A stretch of DNA of 62,304 nt, the filler included, from Myxococcota bacterium (GTDB lineage Bacteria; Myxococcota_C; UBA6777): the NCBI GenBank assembly GCA_023150835.1. It is 3 parts of 3 records of this genome, joined end to end, with 100 filler letters (N's around TTAATTAATTAA, not from the genome) between each part and the next. Parts side by side here need not be neighbours in the genome. Positions count along the whole stretch, not along the records: positions 15,568 to 47,080 come from JAKLKB010000151.1; positions 47,181 to 62,304 come from JAKLKB010000153.1; 1 more part is not named here. The stretch is one strand, 5' to 3'. The notes below the pieces were generated by a model that was not told the origin of the DNA, did no database searches, and was given only the letters and a program-made list of their open reading frames with translations. Each line of letters opens with the position of its first letter. Position 1 is the first letter of the stretch. Positions 42,931 to 53,982 of this stretch are shown here, piece by piece. Position numbers and translations under genes: made by a program.

Positions 42931-45900
42931 ATGCAAAAGAAAGAGACCCAAGCTCCGTTGATCTCGATGAATCGACAAGCCCCATCGCTTCAACTCCCCA
43001 AAGGCGGTGGCGCGATTCGGGGCATCGATGAGCCGTTTTCCGTGAACACTCTTCAAGGAACTGCGGGGCTGCAAGTACCGATCTTTGCCTCTCCCGGGCG
43101 TAGTCTGACCCCTTCGCTTGCGCTGTCTTACGATTCGGGCGCTGGCAACGGTCCTTTTGGTCTGGGCTGGTCTCTGGGACTTCCTTCGATCTCTCGCCGT
43201 ACAGACAAAAAACTCCCGACTTACCGCGATCAAGGGGAACAAGCAGATCGTTATCTGCTTGCGGGGGCGGAAGAGTTGGTGCCGACCTTGCTGCAAATCG
43301 GGCAGGGCTGGCAACCTGACATCTCCGAACGCATCGAAGCTGGGGAGACCTACACTGCCCAGCGTTTTCGACCTCGGATCGAAGGGGACTTTACACGCAT
43401 CGAGCGCTGGACACATCGTAGCACAGGGGAGATCCACTGGCGCACACGGAGCCCTCAAAATATCACGGCGATCTTTGGTCGTTCTGCACAAGCTCGAATC
43501 GCCGATCCTTCGGATGCAAAAAAGATCTTTCGATGGCTGCTTGAAGAAGAGTTTGACGACAAAGGCAACGTCACCCAATACCAGTACGTCGCGGAAGACC
43601 TGAGCGGTCTCTCCAAAGCCGAGCTTGCCGAACACCACCGCTTCGCCCAACCGACGCAGCCCCAACGTTATCTCAAGCGTGTCCTTTACGGAAACAGCGT
43701 CCCTTACCAACGCCAAGGATGGCTGTTTGAAGTAATCTTTGATTATGGTGATCATGCCGAAGAGACGGGAGGGATCGCTTATGCTTCTTCCCAGAATTGG
43801 CCTGCCCGCCTTGACCGGTTTTCTACCTATCGTGCGGGCTTTGAGATCCGTACGCTGCGGTTGTGTCAACGAGCGTTGATGTTTCATCACATCGATGCTT
43901 TGCGTGAAGTCCCCACGTTGGTCAGAAGTACGAACTTTTCTTATGAAGCGTCCGCCATTGCAACGACTTTACAGGGCGTATCGCAAACAGGCTATGTCTG
44001 GAAAGAGGCGCAAAGTCAGTATCTTTCGCGTTCTTTGCCCCCGATGGAGTTCACCTACAGCCAAGCCAACATCGACGATCAAGTCCACGTCTTACCAAAA
44101 GAAAGCCTCTTCGATCTCTCCGAAGGGGCCGCTCATGCGGCGCAGTGGGTCGATCTCGAAGGGGAGGGCCTGCCCGGACTTTTGGTGGAGCAGGACGGAG
44201 CGCTCTACTACAAACACAACCTTGGCTTCTGTCAGTTTGCACCGCTCAAAAAGCTAGAGACCTTGCCCAATCTACGTCCCGGCCAAGGTCGTTTGATGGA
44301 TCTCGCGGGAGATGGGCAGCTTGAGCTGGTTCGGCTGTCTGCTGCGGAGGGCGGATATTACGAGCGTGAGCGAGGAGGGTGGAAGTCCTATAAGCCTTTC
44401 TCCAAACAACCCAACTTGCGTTTTGATGACCCGAACCTGCGTATGATCGACCTTGATGGCGATGGACGTGCCGATCTGTTGTTGGCGGAAGAACAGGTCT
44501 GGCGGTGGTACCCGTCCCTTGGGGAGAAGGGCTACGCGTCCAGTTTGTCCCTGCCGATGGCCCTCAATGAAACAGAGGGGCCGCGATTGGTCTTTCATGA
44601 GTCCGTACAGTCCGTGTTTTTGGCGGATATGTCGGGTGATGGACTGACGGACCTTGTGCGGATCCGCAATGGCGAGGTGTGTTATTGGCCGAACCTTGGC
44701 TATGGTCGTTTTGGGGCCAAGGTCACGATGGCCGATGCACCGCACTTTGCACGCCCCGATCTTTTTCATCCTCAGTATCTGAGGCTTGTGGATGTCGATG
44801 GTTCGGGAACGGCGGATCTGTTGTACCTGCAACCCGATGGGATTCGTCTGTGGTTGAATCAGTCGGGAAATGCTTGGTCTGAAGCGACCACGCTTGCAGC
44901 TTCTTTACCCATCGATGTGCTTTCTGCGGTCTCCACAGCCGATCTCAAGGGACAAGGCACCACTTGTTTGATCTGGTCTTCCCCCCAACCCCAGCAGGGT
45001 GGCGCATCCATCCGATACATCGACTTGATGGGAGGCCAAAAGCCTTACCTGATGACCTCCGTGAAAGACAATATGGGCGGAGAGACGCGGATGATATATG
45101 CCGCCTCCACCAAGTTTTATCTTGCGGACAAGCAGGCCGGTCAACCGTGGGCCACGAGGCTGGCGTTTCCTGTGCATGTCCTTGAACAAGTCGAGGCCTT
45201 CGATCATCTCGCACAAACCAAGCTCTGTTCGCGTTATGCGTACCATCATGGCTACTTTGACGGAGAAGAACGCGCGTTTCGTGGGTTTGGTCGTGTGGAA
45301 CAGTGGGATACACAGACCTATAGCGCCTATGCAGGGGCAGGTTTGTTCACACAAACCCCTACTGTTCATGAGGAACGCTTTCATCTTCCCCCTGTGCGTA
45401 CAGTCACATGCTGCCTTTGAGCAAGAACAACTCGAAGAGATCTACAAAAAAGAATACTATGCGGGTGATACGCAAGCTTACTTGCTTCCCGACACTGCGA
45501 TCCCTGTGGGACTTTCCCCCCAAGAACAACGTGATGCTTACCGTGCCTTGAAGGGAGGGGTGCTTCGTCAAGAGGTGTATGCTGAAGATGACACCCCTCA
45601 ACAGGCACATCCTTTCACAGTGACCGAAAGTTGCGCTCATGTGCGTCTACTTCAACCTACGCAAGATGGCTTTCCTGCGGTCTTTTTGGTCATGCCTTCG
45701 GAGAGTTTGCAGTTCCATTACGAACGCCACCCAGAAGACCCACGCATCCACCACGAGATGACGCTTGAAGTCGATGCCTACGGCCAACCCATCCACACCG
45801 CGAGGATCAGCTATCCCCGACGCAATCCACCTGTGGGAATGCCCGAACAAGCGGTGCTTTCTGTCGTCACCACAGAACATACGCTGATCCACGCAGACCA

Positions 45901-47080
45901 ACAGGTCGGGTGGTATCGCTTGGGGATTCCGCAAGCCTCACGAAGCTACGAAGTGACGGGGCTGAGTATACAACAGTGGACTCCAGCGACCCTTTTGCAG
46001 CAGCTTCAAGCCGCATCGACTCTTTCGTATGAGCAGACCCCCACGCATGGACTTGTGCAAAAACGATTGTTGAGCCGCACACGTGCATTGTACGCCAAAG
46101 ACGATCAGACAGGGCCTTTGGCAGAGGGACAAGTCGAGTCTCTAGCGCTTCCCTACGAAAGTTACGAGCAGATCTTCACTTCGGGTTTGTTGCAAGAGGT
46201 GTTTGACAGCAAGGTCGATGCGACTCTCCTACAAGCTGCGGGCTATCAGTGGTTTGATGGGGTATGGTGGGCTGCTTCGGGTCGTGCGGTCTTGGACGCC
46301 CAACACTTTTATCATCCCATCCAAGAGATCGATGCTTTGGGCCATACCACGACCCTAAGCCATGACAGCGAACACCTATTCCCGACCCAGATCGTCGATG
46401 CCTTGGGCAATACCACCAGCGCCCAGATCAATTATCGCGTTCTTCAACCGTGGGAAGTCACTGATCCAAACGGCAATCGTACCCAAGTCGCCTTTGATGC
46501 ACTCGGCATGACCGTGGCATCCGCTGTGATGGGCAAGAGCAGCGAGACGCTGGGTGATACCTTGGTGGGTGTAGAACCTGATCTGGACCCCACGACGCTT
46601 GCAGCTTTTCTGAGCGATCCCAAGCTCCATAGTGCGACCTTGCTGGGGCAGGCCACGACACGTTTTGTGTACGATGTCACGCGCTATTACCTGAGTGGTC
46701 TGCCCAATGTGACCGCCCAGATCGAACGCGAAACACACGTCTCTGAGTTGGGGCAAGGGGAAACTTCACGCTTGTTCCATAGCTTTGTGTATGCCGATGG
46801 TTCGGGGGGAGAACTGATGAAAAAAGCCCAAGCGGAGGCAGGGATGGCTCCCAAGCGCGATGCCAACGGGGACTTGGTCTTCGATGGCGAAGGTGAGTTG
46901 GTCATGGAGCAGGCCTCCTCGCGTTGGGTGGGGTCTGGGGCGACGATCTACGACAACAAAGGCAACCCGCTGAAAAAGTACGAGCCTTTCTTTAGCAGCA
47001 CGCATGACTTTGAACCTGAAGAAGAACTCCGTCATTGGGGCGTGACGTCGCTGATGGTGTACGATGCGCTTGGACGGGCC
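42931..47080 (+). CDS. Tc toxin subunit B-like (SpvB N-terminus, FG-GAP propeller, RHS/YD repeats); frameshift near 45410; truncated by the gap
   Basis: LPKGGGAIRGI, YDSGAGNGPFGLGW, RAGFEIRT, FRGFGRVEQWD; second frame RALKGGVLRQEVY, DPNGNR, NKGNPLKKYEPFF, YDALGR. Confidence 0.9.
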
Positions 47081-47180
47081 NNNNNNNNNNNNNNNNNNNN
47101 NNNNNNNNNNNNNNNNNNNNNNNNTTAATTAATTAANNNNNNNNNNNNNNNNNNNNNNNNNNNNNNNNNNNNNNNNNNNN
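47081..47180. other. Artificial contig linker
   Basis: N44-TTAATTAATTAA-N44. Confidence 0.98.
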
Positions 47181-47224
47181 TGTAAACGCCCTGTGATTGG
47201 GCAGCCACACCTGTCTGCCCCTAC
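47181..47224 (-). repeat. REP family B, partial copy (degenerate second copy ~47389-47429)
   Basis: tgtaaacgccctgtgattgggcagccacac...ctgcccctac, nearly identical to 61078-61121. Confidence 0.7.
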
Positions 47225-47722
47225 TTTTTCACGTACTTCACGGACGGAACTCGTAGAAACTGTTTGCTTTGAAAAAAGCAGCCGTCGAAGCGAACAGTCC
47301 GGAGCAGAAACCTCGTTACGTAGGGAAAAAAGAGTCGTGTTGTCAGCGAAACGAATCGATTGAGTTGGTCCAAGTGCCCCTGTTGCAGCCCCTACGCTTT
47401 TACGATCATATAATGAGTGGATTTCGTATGCGGTGGCGCTTGTGACAAAAACCCCCGTGTTTGCATCACTTCAAGCGACAGCGTCGCTTTTTATCGCACG
47501 AGACGATTGAACTGGTGATGAAAAGAAGGCCGTAACATCCGTGATCTTCAAGCTTCTACGAATCACCTTTTCAATCGACCTTCGCTATCAAAACAACGAC
47601 GCTCTCTTCGCCAACATGGGGTCAAGGGGGCAGAACTCCCTTGCGGAGCGTGGGGTTCCAACCCCACAAAAACAACCCAAACGCTTCAATCTCATGAGAA
47701 AGATTTTTGTGGAGAGTGTGGA

Positions 47723-48766
47723 ATGATCATTCAGCTAGATCCTTGGATTACAGGGGCGGATCGTCAGGTTTTGGAGGCTGCGCTTGCGGCCATCGATTAC
47801 AAAGCAACAGAAGTTCGGACACAAGAGCGCTTGTATCTTGTTGCCATCGGGAAGAAGGAATTCGATATCCGCAGCATCGGGCATCTGCAAGGTGTTTGGG
47901 ATGTGCATCGCGTCTCAGATGCTTACAAACTGGTATCGAAAAAATGGAAAGTTGGGCATTCAACGATCGAGGTAGGCGATGGGGTAAGCGTTGGAGGCGA
48001 AGAGATCGCGCTGATGGCGGGTCCGTGTTCGATCGAAGGAGAAGCGCAGATCGTCGAGGTGTTGACGCACCTGCGGTCGCAAGGGGTGAAAGTGATGCGC
48101 GGGGGTGTCTTTAAGCCGCGCACTTCGCCGTATGCGTTTCAAGGGATCGGTTTGGACGGACTCAAGCTGTGGCACCAACACGCCCGTGAGTTCGGCATCA
48201 AGATCATCTCCGAAGTGATGTCCGTCCAAGATATCCAACCGATGTATGACTTTTTGGATATCTACCAAGTCGGCGCACGAAACTCGCAAAACTTCGATCT
48301 GCTTCGGGAGTTGGGGAAAGTGGACAAGCCTGTGTTGATCAAACGCGGATTGTCAGGAACGCTCGAAGATCTCTTGCAATCGGCAGAGTACGTCTTTTCG
48401 GGTGGAAACGAGCGCTTGATGCTGTGTGAACGGGGCATCCGCACGTATGAACAAGCCTATCGGAACACGTTGGATATCAACGCGGTGGCGCTGTTGAAGG
48501 ACAAAACGCATCTGCCTGTGATCCTCGATCCTTCGCATGGGATCGGGATTCGGCGCTTTGTGGAGCCCGTTGCGCTTGCGGGAGTGGCGGCAGGTTGTGA
48601 TGGTTTGTTGTTTGAAGTCCACGCGATCCCAGAGAAAGCGTGGTCAGACGGTCAACAAACGCTGAACTTTGCAGAATCACGGCGATTGATCCACAAAGCC
48701 CGCGAGCTGTTTTCTTTTTGTCGCGGCTTGGATCGGGCATTTCCTGTCGACCAAGACCTTGCTTGA
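47723..48766 (+). CDS. aroF: DAHP synthase, class I-beta
   Basis: MAGPCSIE, GGVFKPRTSPYAFQG, QVGARN, LIKRG, LCERGIRT and DPSHG motifs. Confidence 0.95.
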   Translation: MIIQLDPWITGADRQVLEAALAAIDYKATEVRTQERLYLVAIGKKEFDIRSIGHLQGVWDVHRVSDAYKLVSKKWKVGHSTIEVGDGVSVGGEEIALMAGPCSIEGEAQIVEVLTHLRSQGVKVMRGGVFKPRTSPYAFQGIGLDGLKLWHQHAREFGIKIISEVMSVQDIQPMYDFLDIYQVGARNSQNFDLLRELGKVDKPVLIKRGLSGTLEDLLQSAEYVFSGGNERLMLCERGIRTYEQAYRNTLDINAVALLKDKTHLPVILDPSHGIGIRRFVEPVALAGVAAGCDGLLFEVHAIPEKAWSDGQQTLNFAESRRLIHKARELFSFCRGLDRAFPVDQDLA

Positions 48767-48804
48767 AGGCGGAGGCGAGAGACAAACCTTCTGGAGGTCG
48801 GATC

Positions 48805-49938
48805 ATGGGGCAGATACGCAAACGAAGATTGCAGATGTCGGTGTCTGCGGTGGGTTATGATCTGGTGATCGGTGCGGGGATCTTGGAGTCGCTGCCGTCG
48901 TGGCTGGATTTGCGGAGATTTTCGCAAGTGGCGGTGTTGACGGATACGAACGTTGGCCCGTTGTGGTTGGAGGCGGTGGAGCGGGGTGCAGGGCGTTCGT
49001 TGCCTGTGTGGTCGATGCGTGCGGGCGAAGAACACAAGACCTTGGTGTCGTTGGAGGGGATCTGGTCGTGGATGGCGGATATCGGGATGGATCGCAATTC
49101 GCTGTTGTTGAATCTTGGAGGGGGACTGGTGGGTGATGTGGGTGGTTTTGCGGCAAGCTGCTATATGCGGGGGGTGGCGTTTGCACAATTGCCGACTACG
49201 CTATTGGCGCAAGTGGACGCAAGTGTCGGTGGGAAGGTCGGGATCAACTTTCGGGGGTTGAAGAATCTGTTGGGTGCGTTTCAACAGCCGTGTGCGGTGG
49301 GGATGGATATCCGCACGTTTGCGACGTTGCCACGACGGGCTTTTTTGGCGGGTGTTGCGGAGATGTTGAAACATGGACTGATCCGCGACCGCGCTTATTT
49401 TGAGGAGATCGCTGCGTACGAATTCGGAGCGCTCGGCGCGAAAGAAGGCGAGGCATTGGGGGAATTAGGCGATGTGGCGGAGCAGACATGGGTGGATTGG
49501 ATCGATCGTTCGTGTGCGATCAAAGCGGCGATCGTCGAGGCAGACGAACGAGAGAGCGGTGTGCGCAAGCTGTTGAACTTTGGGCATACGGTGGGACACG
49601 CGCTGGAGACGTTGTCGTACACGGCAGATACGCCGTTGTTGCATGGCGAGGCCGTTGGGTTGGGGATGATCGTCGAAGCGGAGATCGCGAGAATGGCGGG
49701 ATTTTTGGAGGAGGGGGTGGTGGATACGCTGGTGGCGGTGTTGGAGCGGGTGGGGCTCCCAACGCGGCTGGGATTTTTGTTGGACGATGGGGCGCTTTGG
49801 TCGGCGATGCGGGCCGACAAAAAGAATGTGCGGGGAGCGATGCGATGGACGCTGTTGCAGTCGATGGGCGAGGGTGTGTTTGATCAACGCGTGGAGGACG
49901 CTGTTGTGGAAGCTGCGCTACAACGGATCCGATCGTGA
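48805..49938 (+). CDS. aroB: 3-dehydroquinate synthase
   Basis: GEEHK, LGGGLVGDVGGF, PTTLLAQVDASVGGKVGIN, LNFGHTVGHALE, LHGEAV and DKK motifs. Confidence 0.96.
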   Translation: MGQIRKRRLQMSVSAVGYDLVIGAGILESLPSWLDLRRFSQVAVLTDTNVGPLWLEAVERGAGRSLPVWSMRAGEEHKTLVSLEGIWSWMADIGMDRNSLLLNLGGGLVGDVGGFAASCYMRGVAFAQLPTTLLAQVDASVGGKVGINFRGLKNLLGAFQQPCAVGMDIRTFATLPRRAFLAGVAEMLKHGLIRDRAYFEEIAAYEFGALGAKEGEALGELGDVAEQTWVDWIDRSCAIKAAIVEADERESGVRKLLNFGHTVGHALETLSYTADTPLLHGEAVGLGMIVEAEIARMAGFLEEGVVDTLVAVLERVGLPTRLGFLLDDGALWSAMRADKKNVRGAMRWTLLQSMGEGVFDQRVEDAVVEAALQRIRS

Positions 49939-50047
49939 TACGGGTGACGTAGCTGATAAAGAGTCCACGGAAATCACGGAAAGAAGACAGAAAGTGGAGC
50001 AGAAAAAGAGTGGGGTGGCGTGGGCCAAAACACGGGCAGTGTGGTGT

Positions 50048-50953
50048 CTATGCTTTTTTCTTGCGGGGGGAAGTGGTTTTGGGAGGAGCGGGTGGTGGTG
50101 AAGGGGGAGGCGCGAGTGCGGCGATCTCGTCGAGGGAAAGGCCGGTGGCGGCGGCGATCAGGGCGTGTGGGAGTTCTTGGGCGAGTAGATTTTTGGCGAT
50201 CTCTTGTCGCTCGACTTTGCGGCCTTCTTCGCGGCCTTCTTCGCGGCCTTCTTCGCGGCCTTCTTCGCGGCTGAGTTGTTTGGTGTGTTCCCAAGCGGCT
50301 TCGTCTTTGAGTTTGGTGAATTCTTCGGATGTGAAGGCTTGCTTTTGAACGGAGAGAAAAGCGTGTTGGAGGGTGGGGTGCTGTTGGTAATGTGCGAGAT
50401 CAACGGAGTTATCGAGGGAGTCTTGGACAGCTTGAAGCCAGAGGCGGAGGTTGGGGGCGATGTGCTCGTTGAGGAGGTTGGGGTTGAGGAAGATCAGACG
50501 GTGAGGAAAGAGGTTGTGCTCGTGTAGGTATTCGTCGATGGATTGGAAAGAGACGTTGAGTGTACCGAAAAGGCGTTCGGTGTCTTTGGGCAGGCTGGTG
50601 AGCATGACGATGGTGTAGACGGTTTTTCCAAAGCGATAGTCACGGAAGTTGTGGACTTGCTCGATCATGCCGATGAGATGGTAGTAGAGAAAACGGTCGA
50701 AGAAGTCGGATTCGTAAGCGTGCTGGACTTCAACGATGATACGGCGCTGTTTGTCCTCGGCGAATAGGTCGTATTTGAGCTTTACGCGACCGATCTGCTC
50801 GTGGTAGCTGTACTCTTGGATGACTTCATCGACTTCAAACTCGATGTTCAGGACATCACGGACAAAGGCGTTGAAGACATCGACCTGACCAAAGGCTTTT
50901 TTGAAGGCGACATCGTAGCGCAGGGGAATGACTTCGATGATGTTGGATGCCAT
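50048..50953 (-). CDS. Rpn-family PD-(D/E)XK nuclease / putative transposase
   Basis: DVAFKKAFG, YDLFAED..IVEVQ, RFLYY; (EEGR)x4 tail; IAKNLL..IAAATGLSLDEI. Confidence 0.9.
   Translation of the reverse strand: MASNIIEVIPLRYDVAFKKAFGQVDVFNAFVRDVLNIEFEVDEVIQEYSYHEQIGRVKLKYDLFAEDKQRRIIVEVQHAYESDFFDRFLYYHLIGMIEQVHNFRDYRFGKTVYTIVMLTSLPKDTERLFGTLNVSFQSIDEYLHEHNLFPHRLIFLNPNLLNEHIAPNLRLWLQAVQDSLDNSVDLAHYQQHPTLQHAFLSVQKQAFTSEEFTKLKDEAAWEHTKQLSREEGREEGREEGREEGRKVERQEIAKNLLAQELPHALIAAATGLSLDEIAALAPPPSPPPAPPKTTSPRKKKA
50219..50270 (-). repeat. 12-bp tandem repeat x4 (EEGR)
   Basis: gcggccttcttc units; typical of Rpn C-termini. Confidence 0.85.
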
Positions 50954-51042
50954 GAGCAAAGACCTCCGTCGGTTGGGCGTTTTTGGGAAGATGAGGTTGC
51001 CACAGCAGAAGCAAGCACGCAAGGGTGGTAGCTGTGAGATGG

Positions 51043-51160
51043 ATATCCAAGTGGTGCATGATCGCGATGTCGACGCGATCCGCTGTAATTGCCCTGTTTT
51101 TGGGCAGCCACAGGGGGCTGCTCCACCATTTTGCGATTACATGATGGGCGGATTTCGTAT
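51043..51160. repeat. REP-containing element, family B
   Basis: atatcc..gtgcat...tgggcagccacagggggctgc...gggcggatttcgtat. Confidence 0.75.
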
Positions 51161-51196
51161 AAGTCCTCTGTGATCAAAATAACGAAGGGAAAAAAC

Positions 51197-53149
51197 ATGG
51201 TGGAAGCGAATCGAGAGCATGGGCGGTGGTCGTTGTTGCGTGCGAGGGGGCCGGTGTGTGGGGAGTGGCGACTGCGTGGTTCGAAAAGTTATACGAATCG
51301 GGCGTTGGTGATGGCGGCGTTGGCGCAAGGCGAGACGCATTTGTGGAATATTTCGGAGGGGGATGACAGTCGGGCGTTGCTTGGGGCGTTTACGCAGATG
51401 GGGATCGGATGGGAGCGGGTGGGTGATGGGTTGCGTGTGTTGGGGCGCGGTGGTGATCTGCCCCGTTATTCGGGAGTGATCGATGTAGGGGCGGCAGGAA
51501 CGACGATGCGTTTTTTGATCGCGCTGTGTTCGCTGTTGCCAGAGAGCGAAGTGATCTTGCGTGGGAGTGCGCGGATGCACCAGCGTCCTGTGGGGGATCT
51601 GGTGGGGGCGTTGCGTGCGTTGGGGGCGGATATCGCGTATGTGGGGCGGGAGGGATGTCCACCTGTGCGGATACGCGGGGGAAACGTTCGTGGTTCGGGG
51701 CCAGTGAGGGTGTCGGGAGAGATATCGAGTCAATTTCTGACGGCGATGTTGCAGATCGCGCCTGTGGTGGAGGGGGGATTGGATATCCGCGTGGAAGGGG
51801 CGTTGGTGTCGCGTTCGTATGTGGAGATGACGTTGGCGAGTCTGCGGCATTTTGGTGTGGAAGTGCAGCAGGAAGAGATGCAGCGCTTTGTGGTCCCCGC
51901 ACAGCCGATACGTGGCCGCGATCTGAGGATTGAAGGGGATGCTTCGGGGGCGTCCTATCTGTGGGGGCTTGCGGCGTTGAGTCAGGGTTGTGTGCGTGTA
52001 AGTCCCTTGGGGTTGGACTCTTTGCAAGGGGACGCGCAGTTCTCTCGGATATTGGAGCAGATGGGGTGCATCGTTCGTTCAGGCGAAGGAGAGGCGGGGC
52101 CTTGGATCGAAGTCGAAGGGACGCAAAGGCTGTGCGGTGTGAAGGTGGATATGGAGCAGATGCCCGATACTGCGCAAACATTGGCGGTGATCGCGGCCTT
52201 TGCAGAGGGGCCGACAGAGATGACGGGGCTTCAAACCTTGCGTCACAAAGAGACGGATCGTCTGGCTGCGTTGTGCTGTGAGCTCGGAAAGATGGGGGTT
52301 TTTGCAGAAGCTACCCACGAGGCGTTGCGGATCGTGCCGCCTGTTTCTACCCGAAGAGGCGCGCAGATCGCGACGTATGAAGATCATCGGATGGCGATGG
52401 CGTTTGCGATGGCGGCGACGCGGTTGTCAGGCATGGAGATCCTTGAGGCTCAGGTGGTCAGCAAGTCTTTTCCTGATTATTGGGCGTGTTTGCGTTCTTT
52501 TGGGATCGCTTCTTTGGTGGATATCCCGTTGCGCGTGATCTTGGTGGGGTTTATGGGGAGTGGAAAAAGCGTGGTAGCGCGGGTGTTGTCAGAGCGTTTG
52601 GGGTACGATTGGATCGAAGCGGATCAAGAAATCTTGGCATCTTCGGGGCGAACGTCGATTGCAGAGATCTTTGCTGTGGATGGGGAGCCTCATTTTCGGT
52701 TGTTGGAGCGGGCTTTTCTGGCTTCGGTGGAGAAGCGGCAACGGGTGGTGATCTCGACAGGGGGCGGTGCGGTGATGGAGGATGCGAATGTTCGGGCATT
52801 GCGTGCAGGTGGGGGAGTCTTGTGTTATTTGGAGACACCGTTTGAAGTGATCGCGGAACGCTTGCGTAATATCGCGGATCGTCCGTTGTTTCGGGATGGA
52901 ACGCAAGCCGAAGCCTTGTATCGGCTGCGCGCACCGCGTTATGTGCAAGTCGCCGACCTCACGATCGCAACGGAAAGGCGGGATGTAGAGGGCGTTGTCG
53001 AGGCGTTGTTGGAGGCGCTTGGGCGGTGGGGTGAAGAGGCAGAGGCGGCGGCGGGAGTGAGTGGAACAGCGGCGGTGGATGTGAGCGGAGTAGAGGGCGT
53101 AGGATTTGCGACCGCAGGAGCAGAGGCGGAAGGAGCAGGGGACAGATGA
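51197..53149 (+). CDS. aroA: Bifunctional EPSP synthase / shikimate kinase (AroA-AroK fusion)
   Basis: GSKSYTNRAL, GAAGTTMRF, ISSQF, LRHKETDR, EDHRMAM, KSFPDY; then LVGFMGSGKS, GEPHFR, ISTGGG, RPL. Confidence 0.95.
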   Translation: MVEANREHGRWSLLRARGPVCGEWRLRGSKSYTNRALVMAALAQGETHLWNISEGDDSRALLGAFTQMGIGWERVGDGLRVLGRGGDLPRYSGVIDVGAAGTTMRFLIALCSLLPESEVILRGSARMHQRPVGDLVGALRALGADIAYVGREGCPPVRIRGGNVRGSGPVRVSGEISSQFLTAMLQIAPVVEGGLDIRVEGALVSRSYVEMTLASLRHFGVEVQQEEMQRFVVPAQPIRGRDLRIEGDASGASYLWGLAALSQGCVRVSPLGLDSLQGDAQFSRILEQMGCIVRSGEGEAGPWIEVEGTQRLCGVKVDMEQMPDTAQTLAVIAAFAEGPTEMTGLQTLRHKETDRLAALCCELGKMGVFAEATHEALRIVPPVSTRRGAQIATYEDHRMAMAFAMAATRLSGMEILEAQVVSKSFPDYWACLRSFGIASLVDIPLRVILVGFMGSGKSVVARVLSERLGYDWIEADQEILASSGRTSIAEIFAVDGEPHFRLLERAFLASVEKRQRVVISTGGGAVMEDANVRALRAGGGVLCYLETPFEVIAERLRNIADRPLFRDGTQAEALYRLRAPRYVQVADLTIATERRDVEGVVEALLEALGRWGEEAEAAAGVSGTAAVDVSGVEGVGFATAGAEAEGAGDR

Positions 53150-53982
53150 TCGATGCGAAAACGCAGATCTGTATGATCTTGGGAGATCCTGTTGCGCATA
53201 GTTTGTCGCCAAAGATGCACAATGCGGCTTATCAAGCGTTGGGGATCGCGGAGCGTTTTGTGTATGTTGCGGCGCATGTGGGTTCAGAAGAACTGGGGCA
53301 GGCGGTGGCAGGGGCGCGTGCGATGAAGTTTCGAGGGATCACGTGTACGATCCCGCACAAGACGGCGATCTTGCGATGGTTGGACGAAGTGGATCCGATC
53401 GCACAGCAGATCGGCGCGGTGAATACGGTGGTTTGTGAGCAGGGTTTGTGGGTGGGGTACAATACCGATTGGCAGGGGATCATCGGGCCGCTCAAGCAGC
53501 AGCGATCGCTTGTGGGGGCGCGAGTTGCGGTGATCGGTGCGGGGGGGACGGCGCGAGCAGCGGGATTTGGATTGCGTGAAGAAGGGGCGCGGGTGGTGTT
53601 TTTGAATCGCACCGTCGAACGCGCTAGGGCGTTGGCCGATGCGCTCGGTGGTGAGGCTTATGCGCTCGAACACAGCGAAGTGATCGCGGCGTGTGATATC
53701 GTGATCCAAACGACTTCGGTGGGGATGTCGCCCGAGGTGGAGCGTTCACCGCTGTCGGCTTCGGTATTTCGCTCGTCGCAGCTGGTGATGGATGCGATCT
53801 ATACGCCGATGCAGACGCGGCTTTTGCGCGATGCCCAAGAAAAGGGCGCGTCTGTGATCTCGGGCATCGAGATGTTTTTGCAACAAGGAGCAGCGCAGTT
53901 CGCCCTTTATACGGGTCTTTCTGCTCCGATCGAAGTGATGCGCGCTGTGGTTGTGGAGGCTTTGGGAAAACAGGATGTTTGA
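53146..53982 (+). CDS. aroE: Shikimate dehydrogenase
   Basis: GDPVAHSLSPKMHN, TIPHK, IGAVNT, NTD, GAGGTA and QGAAQF motifs. Confidence 0.96.
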   Translation: MIDAKTQICMILGDPVAHSLSPKMHNAAYQALGIAERFVYVAAHVGSEELGQAVAGARAMKFRGITCTIPHKTAILRWLDEVDPIAQQIGAVNTVVCEQGLWVGYNTDWQGIIGPLKQQRSLVGARVAVIGAGGTARAAGFGLREEGARVVFLNRTVERARALADALGGEAYALEHSEVIAACDIVIQTTSVGMSPEVERSPLSASVFRSSQLVMDAIYTPMQTRLLRDAQEKGASVISGIEMFLQQGAAQFALYTGLSAPIEVMRAVVVEALGKQDV

